A stretch of 64,000 nt of DNA from an uncultured Methanoregulaceae archaeon (GCA_963737635.1 CAVTTL010000001.1:1952001-2016000), one strand, 5' to 3'. Positions 1 through 10,178 are shown, counted from the first letter of the stretch. The notes: generated from the letters alone by a model not told the origin. Numbers and translations are program-made.

Positions 1-244
1 GGAGCCGTACCCCATGCTCGGAGAACTCCACTTTTTCGGCACGGATTCCAAGCCTGACCGGCCGTTTCTCCACCTTTTCCGGACGGATCTTATCGGTCGC
101 GGACTCTACGCTCCGGAATGTGGTGGCAAATACCAGATCGCCTGGAGCGATCAGGTGCTGGAGATGCCAGAGGTCATCGATACTCTCCGGGAAAAGCCGG
201 ATTTCGCCTGCGTTATCCTTGAGCTCGCCGTACTCCGCTTTCAT
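1..244 (-). CDS. pelA: Pelota (Dom34) ribosome rescue factor, 5' part (runs off window start)
   Basis: Not in ORF track; manual translation from ATG 244 gives MKAEYGELKDNAGEIRLFPESIDDLWHLQHLIAPGDLVFATTFRSVESATDKIRPEKVEKRPVRLGIRAEKVEF with the pelota 'DDLWHL' N-terminal motif; ATGA overlap with stop of the upstream gene. Confidence 0.9.
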   Translation of the reverse strand, partial: MKAEYGELKDNAGEIRLFPESIDDLWHLQHLIAPGDLVFATTFRSVESATDKIRPEKVEKRPVRLGIRAEKVEFSEHGVRL

Positions 245-2145
245 GGCGTCTCCGAAATATCAGAACCCCCGGGAGGAACAAATGCCGCAACAGATTCGGT
301 GTTCAGGACCCCCTTGAGCAGTTTTTCTTCATCAGGTGTTATATTCTGCCGCAGGAGACGCAGCACTTTCTTTGCGACATCGTTTGGCTCAAACTGGCCG
401 GGTTTCAATTCAGCGTAAGCCTTGGTCCGCGAACGGATCACGGCAGGCGGGCCACCGATGACGGCAGCCTGCGGTTCCAGAACAAGGCCGATTCCCACCG
501 CAAGAGGAACATCGCGATAATAAGTACGCTCACCCCGGACAATAAAAGAACCGCGGGTGACGAATTCACCGGACTGGGGGGTCTTGCTGACTTGGGTTGG
601 CTGTGCACTATATACGTCGGCAGAAAAATGCCCGCTTCGCCATGCCCCCGAATACGACGCGGCAAACTGTGCCACCTCATCCATCCTTTCCGTTTTACCC
701 TTGACGATCACAACACTCGCGCCATGGACATCAGCATGGACAAACAGATCTCCCCCGGTCATGTACTTCTTGACCAGTTCCTCGTTCTGCGATGCGTCCC
801 GGCCTCCCAGAACCACGATACCGTCGCTGGTCACAAACCACCGGAACCGGTGGTACCAGAGTTTCTTCATTGGCACGATATCATGCCGGATTATCTTTTT
901 CTTCGGCTTGACCGTTTTCATGGCAAGAAGGGCGCCTTCTTTTTTCTTCCTGAATTTTTTTATAATATCATAATACCGGCCGGCATTCTGCTCCACACTC
1001 TCGTGAACAAAAATTTTCACTTTTTTTCCTATATCTATCTCGACTGCTGCCTCACTGGGATGGAAGGCAACTATCCGTTTTGCATCGGTTGTTGAAGTAT
1101 CGCGGAGATGGTGCTCGATTTCCTGCCAGGACAGGCGTTTGCTTGCGGCATCAAGAGACGATATCACCTGTGCAACAAACCGGTAATTCTCGTAGATCGC
1201 CGCAACAATCTCTTCGGTTTTCTGGATCTTCTCATCAAATTTTTTTATTGCCGCTGCCTGATACTTGTGGATCCGCTCCCCCTCAGAAAGTTTGGGTTTT
1301 GCTGCAACCCGGACTTTCTCTGCCTTAGTCATGGGATAGAATGCCTCAAGCGCCTCGGAAAAACCAGAGAATCGGGCTTCTTCTCCCGGTAGGCATTCGG
1401 ATTCCGGGGCCAATAAGACCGGTTCGCAGCTGGTGGCGGACAGGACCGGGTGCACCTGGTGCTGTACCTGTTCAAAAAGGGAGGTGATTGCAGTAAACAG
1501 CGTTCCTGGATCCGCTTTTGATGCCGGAATGGCTTTATCGATACCGGCAATTCTGCACACGTATTCTGCATACGTACCACCAAGCATACATGCTATAGCT
1601 AGGGCACGCACCAGATCCCGATCGTCACCAGCAAGGGTGGCCGCAAGATTTTCTCCTGACGCGGTTGGATCGGTGCCGCTCATCGCATAGATTGCATCGG
1701 GAACGATGTCCCGATCCTTGAACCGGTGATGGCGGAGCGGTTTTATGATCTTGTAGGATTCGTCTGTGAGGATCACATTTCCCTCGTCGAAGAGTTCGAT
1801 AATGAGGCGGTAGGTAAGCGTCCCTTTCCCGATGTCGAAAATAAGGATCCGTTCCAGCCCATGCTGCCGGATCGAAAGCACCTTTCCGCCGGAGATGTAT
1901 TTACGCAGGAGCATGGCAAACTGCGGAGGGTTTTTGGGGGGGGCAGGAAAATTTTTAACCAGATGTACCCGCCTCCCTGCTTCGACGAGCAGCTGGTACT
2001 TTGCATGCGCTTCACCGTTCAGGCGGATTCCAAGGGTACGGGTTTCGAACTGGTAGATCTTATCGATCCACAGCGGCAGCTTGTCACAGAGTTCGTACAC
2101 CACCGCCCGTACGTCAATCCCACTCATGCCCTGTGCAGTCGCCAT
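241..2145 (-). CDS. rqcH: Rqc2/NEMF/RqcH (NFACT family) ribosome quality control protein
   Basis: 634 aa; NFACT-N (FAMLLRKY, IIELF-EGNVILTD), coiled coil, NFACT-R (WYHRFRWF...GGRDASQNEELVKKY...HADVHGAS...QVSKTPQSGEFVTRGSFIVRGER). Confidence 0.9.
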   Translation of the reverse strand: MATAQGMSGIDVRAVVYELCDKLPLWIDKIYQFETRTLGIRLNGEAHAKYQLLVEAGRRVHLVKNFPAPPKNPPQFAMLLRKYISGGKVLSIRQHGLERILIFDIGKGTLTYRLIIELFDEGNVILTDESYKIIKPLRHHRFKDRDIVPDAIYAMSGTDPTASGENLAATLAGDDRDLVRALAIACMLGGTYAEYVCRIAGIDKAIPASKADPGTLFTAITSLFEQVQHQVHPVLSATSCEPVLLAPESECLPGEEARFSGFSEALEAFYPMTKAEKVRVAAKPKLSEGERIHKYQAAAIKKFDEKIQKTEEIVAAIYENYRFVAQVISSLDAASKRLSWQEIEHHLRDTSTTDAKRIVAFHPSEAAVEIDIGKKVKIFVHESVEQNAGRYYDIIKKFRKKKEGALLAMKTVKPKKKIIRHDIVPMKKLWYHRFRWFVTSDGIVVLGGRDASQNEELVKKYMTGGDLFVHADVHGASVVIVKGKTERMDEVAQFAASYSGAWRSGHFSADVYSAQPTQVSKTPQSGEFVTRGSFIVRGERTYYRDVPLAVGIGLVLEPQAAVIGGPPAVIRSRTKAYAELKPGQFEPNDVAKKVLRLLRQNITPDEEKLLKGVLNTESVAAFVPPGGSDISETP

Positions 2146-2206
2146 GGATTATACCAAATTACATATGGCTTGCGCACTAAAAAATAAGACTACCGGGTGA
2201 ATCAGG

Positions 2207-2560
2207 TTGGCCGAAGATGTCCATGAAGAAGAACAAACCTCACTTTCCAGAAAAAAGAAAACCAAACTGGAAAAGCAGGCCGAACACATAATCCGTATTA
2301 AAAAGACCTTGGTTGCCTGCATCGCGGGCATCTTTGTTGGTATTCTATCCTATTACCTGCAGGTTACGATAAAAAACGATATAGGGCTTCTTGCATTCAT
2401 GCTGATGCTCGCCGGTGTGGTGCTCCAGCGGCATATCTTTGTACTGATGCATATTGACAGCTCAAAACTGGGTGCAAAAGACTGGCTCTACCAAGGATTC
2501 ATGACTTTTGCATTCTGGTTCATGTCCTGGACTCTCCTGCTCTCGACAATGTCGCATTGA
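2207..2560 (+). CDS. Small multi-pass membrane protein, EMC6-like
   Basis: 117 aa, TTG start with GGTGA RBS, about 3 TM segments, 'KDWLYQGFMTFAFWFMSWTLLL' tail resembling archaeal EMC6-like proteins found upstream of ABCE1. Confidence 0.6.
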   Translation: MAEDVHEEEQTSLSRKKKTKLEKQAEHIIRIKKTLVACIAGIFVGILSYYLQVTIKNDIGLLAFMLMLAGVVLQRHIFVLMHIDSSKLGAKDWLYQGFMTFAFWFMSWTLLLSTMSH

Positions 2561-2579
2561 TCTTTTTTCCCTGATGACC

Positions 2580-4355
2580 ATGAGAATCAGCTATTGTCCA
2601 TAAGGATCGCTGCCACGCAAAAAAGTGCGGGACTGAGTGTATCATCTACTGTCCCCGGGTTAGGACCGGCGACGAGACCGTGGTCATCGGCAAAGAGGGA
2701 AAAGCGATCATATCCGAAGAGGCTCTGTGTTGGTTGCGGCATCTGCATCAAGAAGTGCCCGTTTGATGCTATCGATATCGTCAGCCTTCCCGAAGAACTC
2801 GAGCATCCCACCCACCGGTACGGGAAAAACGGGTTTGCCCTCTACGGGCTGCCTATACCAGTGCAGGGGAAGGTTACCGGTATTCTTGGTGCGAACGGTA
2901 TCGGGAAAAGCACGGCCGTAAAGATCCTCTCCGGGCAACTCCGCCCTAACCTGGGGAATTTTGATGCTGATGTCGCTTGGGAAGAGATCCTGAAACGTTA
3001 TGCCGGGACGGAACTCTTCGATTACCTTCAGACCGTCTCAAAGAAGAGCAAAAAGATCGCGGTCAAGCCCCAGTACATCGATTTCATCCCCAAACTTTAT
3101 TCGGGGACGACTCTTGACCTGCTCAAAACAACTGACGAGCGGGGCAGACTTGAAGAGCTTATCCCCGCGCTCAAACTCGATGCAATACTCGATCACCAGA
3201 TCGGTACGCTGAGCGGGGGAGAGCTCCAGAGAGTGGCAATAACTGCCTGCCTTGCACGAAATGCCGATCTCTATTTTCTCGACGAAATTACACCCTTTCT
3301 GGATATCTACCAGCGTATTTCTGCCGCCAAACTGATTCGTGAATTAGCGGTGGAACACCCGGTCGTGATTGTAGAACACGATCTTGCTATCCTTGACATG
3401 CTTGCCGATACCGTACATATCGGGTACGGTAGGCCGGCGGTCTTTGGGGTTATCACCCGGCCAAAAGGTGTACGGGTCGGCATTAACCAGTATCTTGAAG
3501 GATATCTCGCAGAGGAGAACGTACGGTTCCGGGACACTCAGGTGGTCTTTGAGAAGAGAGCACACGAGAAAGGTTCAAAACGTGAGGATCTGGTGGAGGT
3601 TCCTCCGCTTACCAAGAACTACGATACGTTCCGGCTCACAATTACAGGTGGCACGATAAAGGCCGGTGAAGTGCTTGGGGTCATTGGTGCAAATGGTATG
3701 GGGAAGAGTACCTTTGCGAAGCTTCTTGCCGGTGTGGAGAAACCTGACTCCGGTACTATGGACACGACACTCCGGATCTCCTATAAGCCACAATATATCA
3801 AACCGGAGACGTCGGATTCGGTCGAAATGTTCCTGCGCCGATGCACTAGTAAATTCGACAGTTCCTATTACCAGCATGAGATACTCGAACCACTCTCACT
3901 CCAGGCCATTCTCCAGTCGCCGGTTGATTCTCTGAGCGGTGGGGAACTCCAGAGGGTGGCGATCGCTTCCTGCCTCTCACGCGATGCAGATCTCTATATC
4001 CTTGACGAACCAAGTGCCCATCTCGATGTTGAACAACGCGTGAAAGTAACCCGGCTCATCAAGCACCACGCAGAAGGAAAGGAAGTGGCCATTCTTGTTA
4101 TCGATCACGACATTTATCTTATCGATATGATCAGTGAACGGATCCTTGTCTTTGAGGGTGAGCCAGGTATTAAGGGTATCTGCAGCCGGCCCCTTTGCAA
4201 TGCGTGACGGTATGAACCGGTTTTTAAAAGCGTTAGATGTTACGTTTCGCAGGGATCAGACCGGCCGGCCAAGGATTAACAAACCCGATTCATTCCTGGA
4301 CCGGGAACAGAAAAGCCGTGGCGAGTATTATTACTATGCCGCAGATGACGAATAG
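2580..4355 (+). CDS. rli: ABCE1/RLI ribosome recycling ATPase (about 3 indels)
   Basis: Reconstructed N-terminus [30 protein letters not shown]...[13 protein letters not shown] (Fe-S domain), two ABC domains ([17 protein letters not shown] x2), C-terminal TFRRD...RPRINK in ORF 4134-4355; indels near 2589, 2721, 4190. Confidence 0.92.
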
Positions 4356-4403
4356 ATTCCGGCACCCTTGGCACAGCGGGTATTCCCTGCAGGAAAACTG
4401 TTT

Positions 4404-5624
4404 TCAGTGAGAAGGGTGAAGGAACGGCATAAATCCGGCAAAGAAACTCATTATGCGGTCGAGGGCTGATGTATCACCCGGTTGCGTTTCTTCCGCAATA
4501 GGGGATATCGTCTGCGAGATGTTCTGAGGCACAGGGACCGGCGTCAGAGTGGAGGCCGGGGTCATAGTCTCAATGACAATAAGAGGGGCTGTTGATACGT
4601 CCCCGGTGTAATATCCGACAATATCCAGCGTAGAAAACCAGAGCCGGTCGCCCGCATCGATATAAATCGTTTTGACACGGTGCGAGTTGCCGGCAATTCC
4701 TTCAAACATTCCCATATGACGGATTATCGCACCATTTTTCCAGACATAAATGCCGTTGTCGGTGGCTACATACAAGGTTCCATCGGATCCCCCGGCTACA
4801 TCATTGATAGCATATGGCCCACCGTAAAAATCCCCTGAGGAAAGGATCTGGGTAAAACCGGTGACTGCACTATAATGTGCCACTTCGGTCGAATTAAAGA
4901 AGTAAACTCCGCCAAGAGGATCCCGGCGCACGTGACCGAGCAAACCGTAAAGATCTTTTTTATCCTCAATTTTGTTAAAGAGGATTGTACTGTTAGATGA
5001 GATTACCTGCCAGAGCCCTTCATGAGCGGTACCTACAAGAAGTGTATCGGTTGCGCTGTCAAGCGCCATGCTGTCGACCTCAAAGAAACCTGGTCCACCC
5101 GGGGAGAAGGGCGGGAACCAGGTCCAGTTACCATTGTGGTACCGGCTCAGCGCAGTGTTCCCGGTTGCAATCCACATATCGTCATTCCAGCGCTGGAGAG
5201 CCCTGATCTGGAGACTTTTTAAAAGTTCCTGATCAATGACATTTTGAAAGTCGTTCCCGTTATAGATCTGGATCCCCCCCGCGAATCCAATCCAGAGGTT
5301 GCCGGAGTTATCATAGGCAAGCGCCGTCACAAAATTGTCCAGAAGACCGCTGGAGAGATTGTCCCTGTTAATATGCTGTGTGCTCCAGCTTCCGTCATAC
5401 GTTGAAAGGCCAAGAGGGGTGCCAATAAGGACCTCCCCATGCAAACCATTAACGATTGCGTTAACTTGTGCGGATGGAATCGAATCCGATGATGGACGAA
5501 AAAGGAATACTGATCCGGTCTGCTGCTGGCCCGGCGAGATATTCCCTATCGAAGTATTGGCAGCCACCGCAACCGGAGTAAGGCAAACCACGAGAAAAAG
5601 ATAAAAAACAAAATTATATTTCAT
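4404..5624 (-). CDS. Secreted beta-propeller protein (two-component regulator propeller-like repeats)
   Basis: Signal peptide MKYNFVFYLFLVVCLTPVAVAA, repeats such as GLLDNFVTALAYDNSGNLWIGF, IRALQRWNDDMWIAT, VKTIYIDAGDRLWFST; start overlaps cheD stop. Confidence 0.7.
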   Translation of the reverse strand: MKYNFVFYLFLVVCLTPVAVAANTSIGNISPGQQQTGSVFLFRPSSDSIPSAQVNAIVNGLHGEVLIGTPLGLSTYDGSWSTQHINRDNLSSGLLDNFVTALAYDNSGNLWIGFAGGIQIYNGNDFQNVIDQELLKSLQIRALQRWNDDMWIATGNTALSRYHNGNWTWFPPFSPGGPGFFEVDSMALDSATDTLLVGTAHEGLWQVISSNSTILFNKIEDKKDLYGLLGHVRRDPLGGVYFFNSTEVAHYSAVTGFTQILSSGDFYGGPYAINDVAGGSDGTLYVATDNGIYVWKNGAIIRHMGMFEGIAGNSHRVKTIYIDAGDRLWFSTLDIVGYYTGDVSTAPLIVIETMTPASTLTPVPVPQNISQTISPIAEETQPGDTSALDRIMSFFAGFMPFLHPSH

Positions 5625-6105
5625 GTGCGGCGCCATCCGCGCTTCTGACAGTAACTTTTCCATTTTCTCCCGGATAAAACGACACGGTCCTGCCGGATTT
5701 TCCGCCGACTTCCTCTGCACTTATCCGGAGACGATTCTGTGCAAGGATAACGCGCAGTCGTTCAACGTTCCTCTCGCCGATATTGAGATTATTACCAAAA
5801 TATTCAAACATACTCGCCCCACCGGCCATCTTTACCACGAGGGATGAACGTTGGGAACCTCGTTCTGTCAATTTACTAAGGAGAAGAGGGACTGCGGTGT
5901 CCGCGTATTTTCCTGGTCGATCAGTGCGCCCGGAACTTTCGGGCAGCATGATATGAACCATAGCCCCTATGCGAAGGTCACGGTCATAGATCGTCAGACC
6001 AATACAGGATCCCAGACCAATAGTCATCATGGGAGAGGACCCTACAAAGTACTCACCGATACCTATCATGACTGGGACTTTTTCTTGGGAGGCGGGTTCA
6101 GGCAT
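5614..6105 (-). CDS. cheD: Chemoreceptor glutamine deamidase CheD
   Basis: GLGSCIG, HIMLP, KYAD, GGASMF, GERN motifs. Confidence 0.92.
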   Translation of the reverse strand: MPEPASQEKVPVMIGIGEYFVGSSPMMTIGLGSCIGLTIYDRDLRIGAMVHIMLPESSGRTDRPGKYADTAVPLLLSKLTERGSQRSSLVVKMAGGASMFEYFGNNLNIGERNVERLRVILAQNRLRISAEEVGGKSGRTVSFYPGENGKVTVRSADGAAHEI

Positions 6106-6120
6106 TCCGGATCCGGGAGA

Positions 6121-6732
6121 TCAGCTGGATTTCATCAGGTTTTCCAAGCGCTCGACAAACGTTTTGAGCATGTGAACCTCAGGCATCATGATGATATCGC
6201 TGTCGATCCTGTGCTCTTCACAGACCAGTTCGGTCGAGAATAACATAACCTCGTCAATCTCCTCCTGCATCTGAGCAATAAGGGATTGCATAGCTGCATG
6301 CGCCATATCGATGATGAGCGCCGGGGGAGAAGGTAGCATAACAAACCCGAGGAGTTCAGCAGTTGCATCGAGAAATGCTGAAGCCATAATATTACCGATC
6401 TCAATAAGGGCACTTTCATCCATCTCGTTGAGTGGACGATCAGGATCGGTAAGGCCGAGCATCGTGTTGGTCAGGCGCACGGCCGATTTCCGGGAAATAT
6501 AAACAATAATATAACCTCCGTGAGGAATCTCGCCCTGCAGCTCAAAGACCACAAGCGCGGCTGGCTCTCCTCCGATATGTTCAGCCAGCTGCGCCACGTC
6601 CACTACCCTGATTTTGGGTACACTCATCTCCACAGCGCTTGACAGCATCTGGGAAAGCGTGGTCGCAGCGTGCGCTGCTCCGATGTTTCCCAGTTCCTGC
6701 ATCGCATCTACCTGAACTGATGATAGTTTCAT
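6121..6732 (-). CDS. cheC: CheY-P phosphatase CheC
   Basis: Two E-x-x-N motifs (QELGNIG, SALIEIGNIM). Confidence 0.9.
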   Translation of the reverse strand: MKLSSVQVDAMQELGNIGAAHAATTLSQMLSSAVEMSVPKIRVVDVAQLAEHIGGEPAALVVFELQGEIPHGGYIIVYISRKSAVRLTNTMLGLTDPDRPLNEMDESALIEIGNIMASAFLDATAELLGFVMLPSPPALIIDMAHAAMQSLIAQMQEEIDEVMLFSTELVCEEHRIDSDIIMMPEVHMLKTFVERLENLMKSS

Positions 6733-6739
6733 GGCTTGT

Positions 6740-8701
6740 TCATTCCTGCATCGTGTTTACATCAAGAACCGGCACTACATCACCATCACCGAGAATAGTG
6801 ACCCCACTGATCCCTTTGGTGGTTCCAATAAAACTGCTCAACGGCTTTACAACTACTTCCTGCTTACCTTCAACGGCATCTACAGGAATACAGCACTTCC
6901 TTTTCTGGTACTGAACGACAATAAGGATCTCGCACCGGTCCGAGCTTCCGACCATATCATTAAGCCAGAGAATCTGGAGCACTTCATCCCGGATCAAAGT
7001 CACCTCTCCTTTCCCAATATGGTGCATCCCTTCCTTTTTGAAGTTCGCTACTTCAACAATGCTGCTGATGGGGATCGCCAAGCGCTTGCGGTTGATTCTT
7101 ACAATCATGACATCCACAATTGCCATGGTGGGAGGTAGGAGCAGCTCAAAAACACTCCCCTGCCCGGGTATAGTTTCAACTTTTATAGTACCTTTGAGCG
7201 ATTCAATCGATCGTTTTACTACATCAAGGCCGACACCTCTTCCTGAGATATCAGTTATAGTATCGGCAGTGGAAAAGCCCGGTTGGAAGAGCAGGTCAAT
7301 GGCTTCGTCTTGGGTGAGGGTGGCCGCGATCTCAGGTGAGATCAGGCCTTTTTCTATGGCTTTCTTCTTTACTTTCTCCACGTTAATACCGGCACCGTCA
7401 TCCTTGAGTTTGATAATAACGTTATCGCGGTCCCGGTGTGCAGTAAGTCTGACAAGACCTTTTGCAGGTTTTCCTGCTTTTAGCCTGGTTGCCGGATCTT
7501 CGATGCCATGGTTTACCGCATTCCTTATCAGATGAAGCAGCGGATCATTGAGGCCATCCATAACACTCCGGTCAAGTTCGGTCTCGCCGCCTTCCATAGT
7601 GAACTCAACCTCTTTATGATCGTACTGGGCGACATCACGGACAACCCGGGGCAGGCGGTTGAAGATATGGGAGAGCGGGATCATACGGATGGCCATCATC
7701 AGGTTCTGGAGCTCAGAGACCGATCGCTCTACCATGCTGATCGCCTCGTCCATCTCTTTTATCTTTTTCTCATCGGCGATCTGCTTGAGCCGGCCCCTGT
7801 TGATCACCAGATCTTCGACAAGATTCATGATATGATCGAGCTGGGAAATATCCACCCGGAGATTTTTTATTTCCCGGTTCTTTTCTGGTGCCGCTGCCTG
7901 CTTCCGGTCAGATTCCGCTGGTTTTTTTCCTGAACCGGGTTCTGTCAGCACAGCAGAAGGCACTTCTGTCGGATGGATCTCGACAGAGGCGATCTCACTT
8001 CCCTGCGCTGCAGTCCTGAGTGCTTCTTCTCCTGCATCACTCGCAATCGTGAGATGAGCTGTCCCGTCGAATTTCCCTTCATCGATCTCATTTTTTGAAG
8101 GCTGTAATGACCGGATCATCCCCAGAGCCTCAAGGTTCTGGATCGCAATCATCGCACGGACATCTTTCATCATGCATTCAGGAGCTACGATGATGGTCAT
8201 CGCATATTCAGTTCCGGTGCATTGTTGGGGATTCTCCTCTTCGAGGATTCCCTCCGGAGTACATGATTCCGTCTCTTGCCGGGCACTTGCTTCATCTTTC
8301 TCCGGTCCGCTGGCACTCTGATGTTGCAGCCAGTCGCGCAAAGCCTGGACCTGCTTATCCGGGTTCTTGGAGGAAGAATCCCCGCCAGCCTCGACATCGT
8401 CGAGCATTTCCTCGATGAGATCGGTACAGGAAAAGATGATGTTCCCCAGCTCCTCAGACATTTCAACATTGCCGCCTCGGATAAGCTGCAACACATCCTC
8501 CATTGTGTGACAGAGGCGTTCCATATCAGCAAAACCCATGGATGCAGAAGCACCTTTGAGCGTATGGATCGATCTGAAGATCTCGTCAATAGCGTTCTGG
8601 TCTGCGCCTTTCTCCAGAACAAGAAGATTGTTTACCAGATTTTCATGGTTTTCACGGGATTCCGCAACAAACAGCGACCGGTACTGCTCAAAATCACCCA
8701 T
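6740..8701 (-). CDS. cheA: Chemotaxis histidine kinase CheA
   Basis: HPt FRSIHTLKG, P2, HLIRNAVNHGIE, GFST...SGRGVGLDVV, C-terminal CheW-like domain. Confidence 0.95.
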   Translation of the reverse strand: MGDFEQYRSLFVAESRENHENLVNNLLVLEKGADQNAIDEIFRSIHTLKGASASMGFADMERLCHTMEDVLQLIRGGNVEMSEELGNIIFSCTDLIEEMLDDVEAGGDSSSKNPDKQVQALRDWLQHQSASGPEKDEASARQETESCTPEGILEEENPQQCTGTEYAMTIIVAPECMMKDVRAMIAIQNLEALGMIRSLQPSKNEIDEGKFDGTAHLTIASDAGEEALRTAAQGSEIASVEIHPTEVPSAVLTEPGSGKKPAESDRKQAAAPEKNREIKNLRVDISQLDHIMNLVEDLVINRGRLKQIADEKKIKEMDEAISMVERSVSELQNLMMAIRMIPLSHIFNRLPRVVRDVAQYDHKEVEFTMEGGETELDRSVMDGLNDPLLHLIRNAVNHGIEDPATRLKAGKPAKGLVRLTAHRDRDNVIIKLKDDGAGINVEKVKKKAIEKGLISPEIAATLTQDEAIDLLFQPGFSTADTITDISGRGVGLDVVKRSIESLKGTIKVETIPGQGSVFELLLPPTMAIVDVMIVRINRKRLAIPISSIVEVANFKKEGMHHIGKGEVTLIRDEVLQILWLNDMVGSSDRCEILIVVQYQKRKCCIPVDAVEGKQEVVVKPLSSFIGTTKGISGVTILGDGDVVPVLDVNTMQE

Positions 8702-9743
8702 GGGAATCCTCCGTCATCTTTAGCACAAGTCGCTCAATAGCTTCAGGGATCTTTGCAAGAGGGAGCACCTGATCCACCGCATTTTTCTGGATGGCGGATC
8801 GCGCCATTCCATAGACAAGGCAGTCTTTCTGATCGCATATGATACTTGTTCCACCGGCCTCTTTGACTGCCGCTGCCCCTGCACCGGCATCATTTCCCAT
8901 CCCGCTCAAAATGACCGATACGATATTTTTCCCAAAAACCTGTGCAGCCGATTCAAACGTCTTATCCACTGCGGGCCGAACACCATGAAGCGGCGGTGCG
9001 TTAGAATGAATGATCCTTCCTGTTCGTTTCCCATCCGGGGTCATCGCTGCACCTATCATGGTATGAACCCCAGCCTTTGAGAGGAACACCGTGCCCGTCT
9101 TAATCAGATCCCCATTCTCAGTCTCCTTTACAGGCATGTGGGCGATCCGGTTAAATCGTGCTGCAAGCGGTGCAGTAAAGCCAACGGGCATATGCTGGGT
9201 AATAACCACACCGCCGGTAGATCTGCGGATAGTTTTGAAAGGATGGAATCGAGCATAGGCGGGCCACCGGCTGATGACCCGATTAGGTACTACACGGTCG
9301 ACATTTACCTCTTTCTGCTTGATGATTCTGGGCTCTTTGAGAGGAGAGGGAGAGGCACTTGTGAGATGATGAATCGTTGCAATAAGTTCCTTCGCGATAA
9401 GCCTGAGCTGGGGGGCATCTTTTGGTTTAAGCATGAAATCGTCAGCGCCCAGGTTGATTGCCTCGGTAGTCATCTCCGCACCTTCTGAGGTAAGCGAACT
9501 AAACATGAGGGTTTTCGGGTGCCAGGATGCATTCCTGAGTTCACGCAGCACCTCAAGGCCATTCATCCGGGGCATCTCGATATCCAGAGTGATAAGATCA
9601 GGCTTAAGGGTCTTGATCTTCTCAAGCGCCTCGATGCCATTTGAGGCGGTTCCCACTATTTCAAGTGAGGGATCCTTTTGAAGCATGTCCCGGATGACTG
9701 TCCGCATGAATACGGAGTCATCGACTATGAGAACCTTTGGCAT
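8694..9743 (-). CDS. cheB: Chemotaxis methylesterase CheB (hidden compensating frameshift pair)
   Basis: REC domain (VDDS, TLDIEMP), QHMP, RPAVD, SGMGNDG; catalytic GSSAGGP lies in an alternate frame between about 9212 and 9288. Confidence 0.92.
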   Translation of the reverse strand: MPKVLIVDDSVFMRTVIRDMLQKDPSLEIVGTASNGIEALEKIKTLKPDLITLDIEMPRMNGLEVLRELRNASWHPKTLMFSSLTSEGAEMTTEAINLGADDFMLKPKDAPQLRLIAKELIATIHHLTSASPSPLKEPRIIKQKEVNVDRVVPNRVISRWPAYARFHPFKTIRRSTGGVVITQHMPVGFTAPLAARFNRIAHMPVKETENGDLIKTGTVFLSKAGVHTMIGAAMTPDGKRTGRIIHSNAPPLHGVRPAVDKTFESAAQVFGKNIVSVILSGMGNDAGAGAAAVKEAGGTSIICDQKDCLVYGMARSAIQKNAVDQVLPLAKIPEAIERLVLKMTEDSHG

Positions 9744-9748
9744 AACAA

Positions 9749-10111
9749 TTAGGACGCAAGCACGTTTTTGACTTCTTCAAGAACCTTTGGCGCCTGGAAG
9801 GGTTTTACGATATATCCTTTGGCGCCACTTTTTATAGCCAGCTTAACCATCTGTTCCTGCCCGACAGCAGTGCACATAATGATGCGAGCTGCAGGATCCA
9901 GTTGCTTGATTGCCTTTAACGCTTCGATCCCATTCACCTTGGGCATGACTACATCCATAGTGACAAGATCAGGTTTCAGTTCCTTGTATTTTGCTATCGC
10001 CTCTTCTCCGTTTGAAGCCTCACCTGCAATTGTGTGACCTCCCGAGAAGAGGATATTTTTAAGAAGAGTTCTCATGAAGAGCGTATCATCCACGATAAGA
10101 ATAGTTCCCAT
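9749..10111 (-). CDS. cheY: Response regulator CheY
   Basis: 120 aa single REC domain (VDD, MDVVMP, VKPF) within che operon. Confidence 0.92.
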   Translation of the reverse strand: MGTILIVDDTLFMRTLLKNILFSGGHTIAGEASNGEEAIAKYKELKPDLVTMDVVMPKVNGIEALKAIKQLDPAARIIMCTAVGQEQMVKLAIKSGAKGYIVKPFQAPKVLEEVKNVLAS

Positions 10112-10143
10112 GGAGTATCAGCCAAAGTATTTGAGTTTCCTGC

Positions 10144-10150
10144 TATAAAA
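10144..10150 (-). promoter_or_regulatory. Putative TATA box for cheY operon
   Basis: TTTTATA about 33 nt upstream of cheY ATG in the cheF-cheY gap. Confidence 0.35.
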
Positions 10151-10178
10151 CGGTAATGATGGTAAAACTGCCATTATT

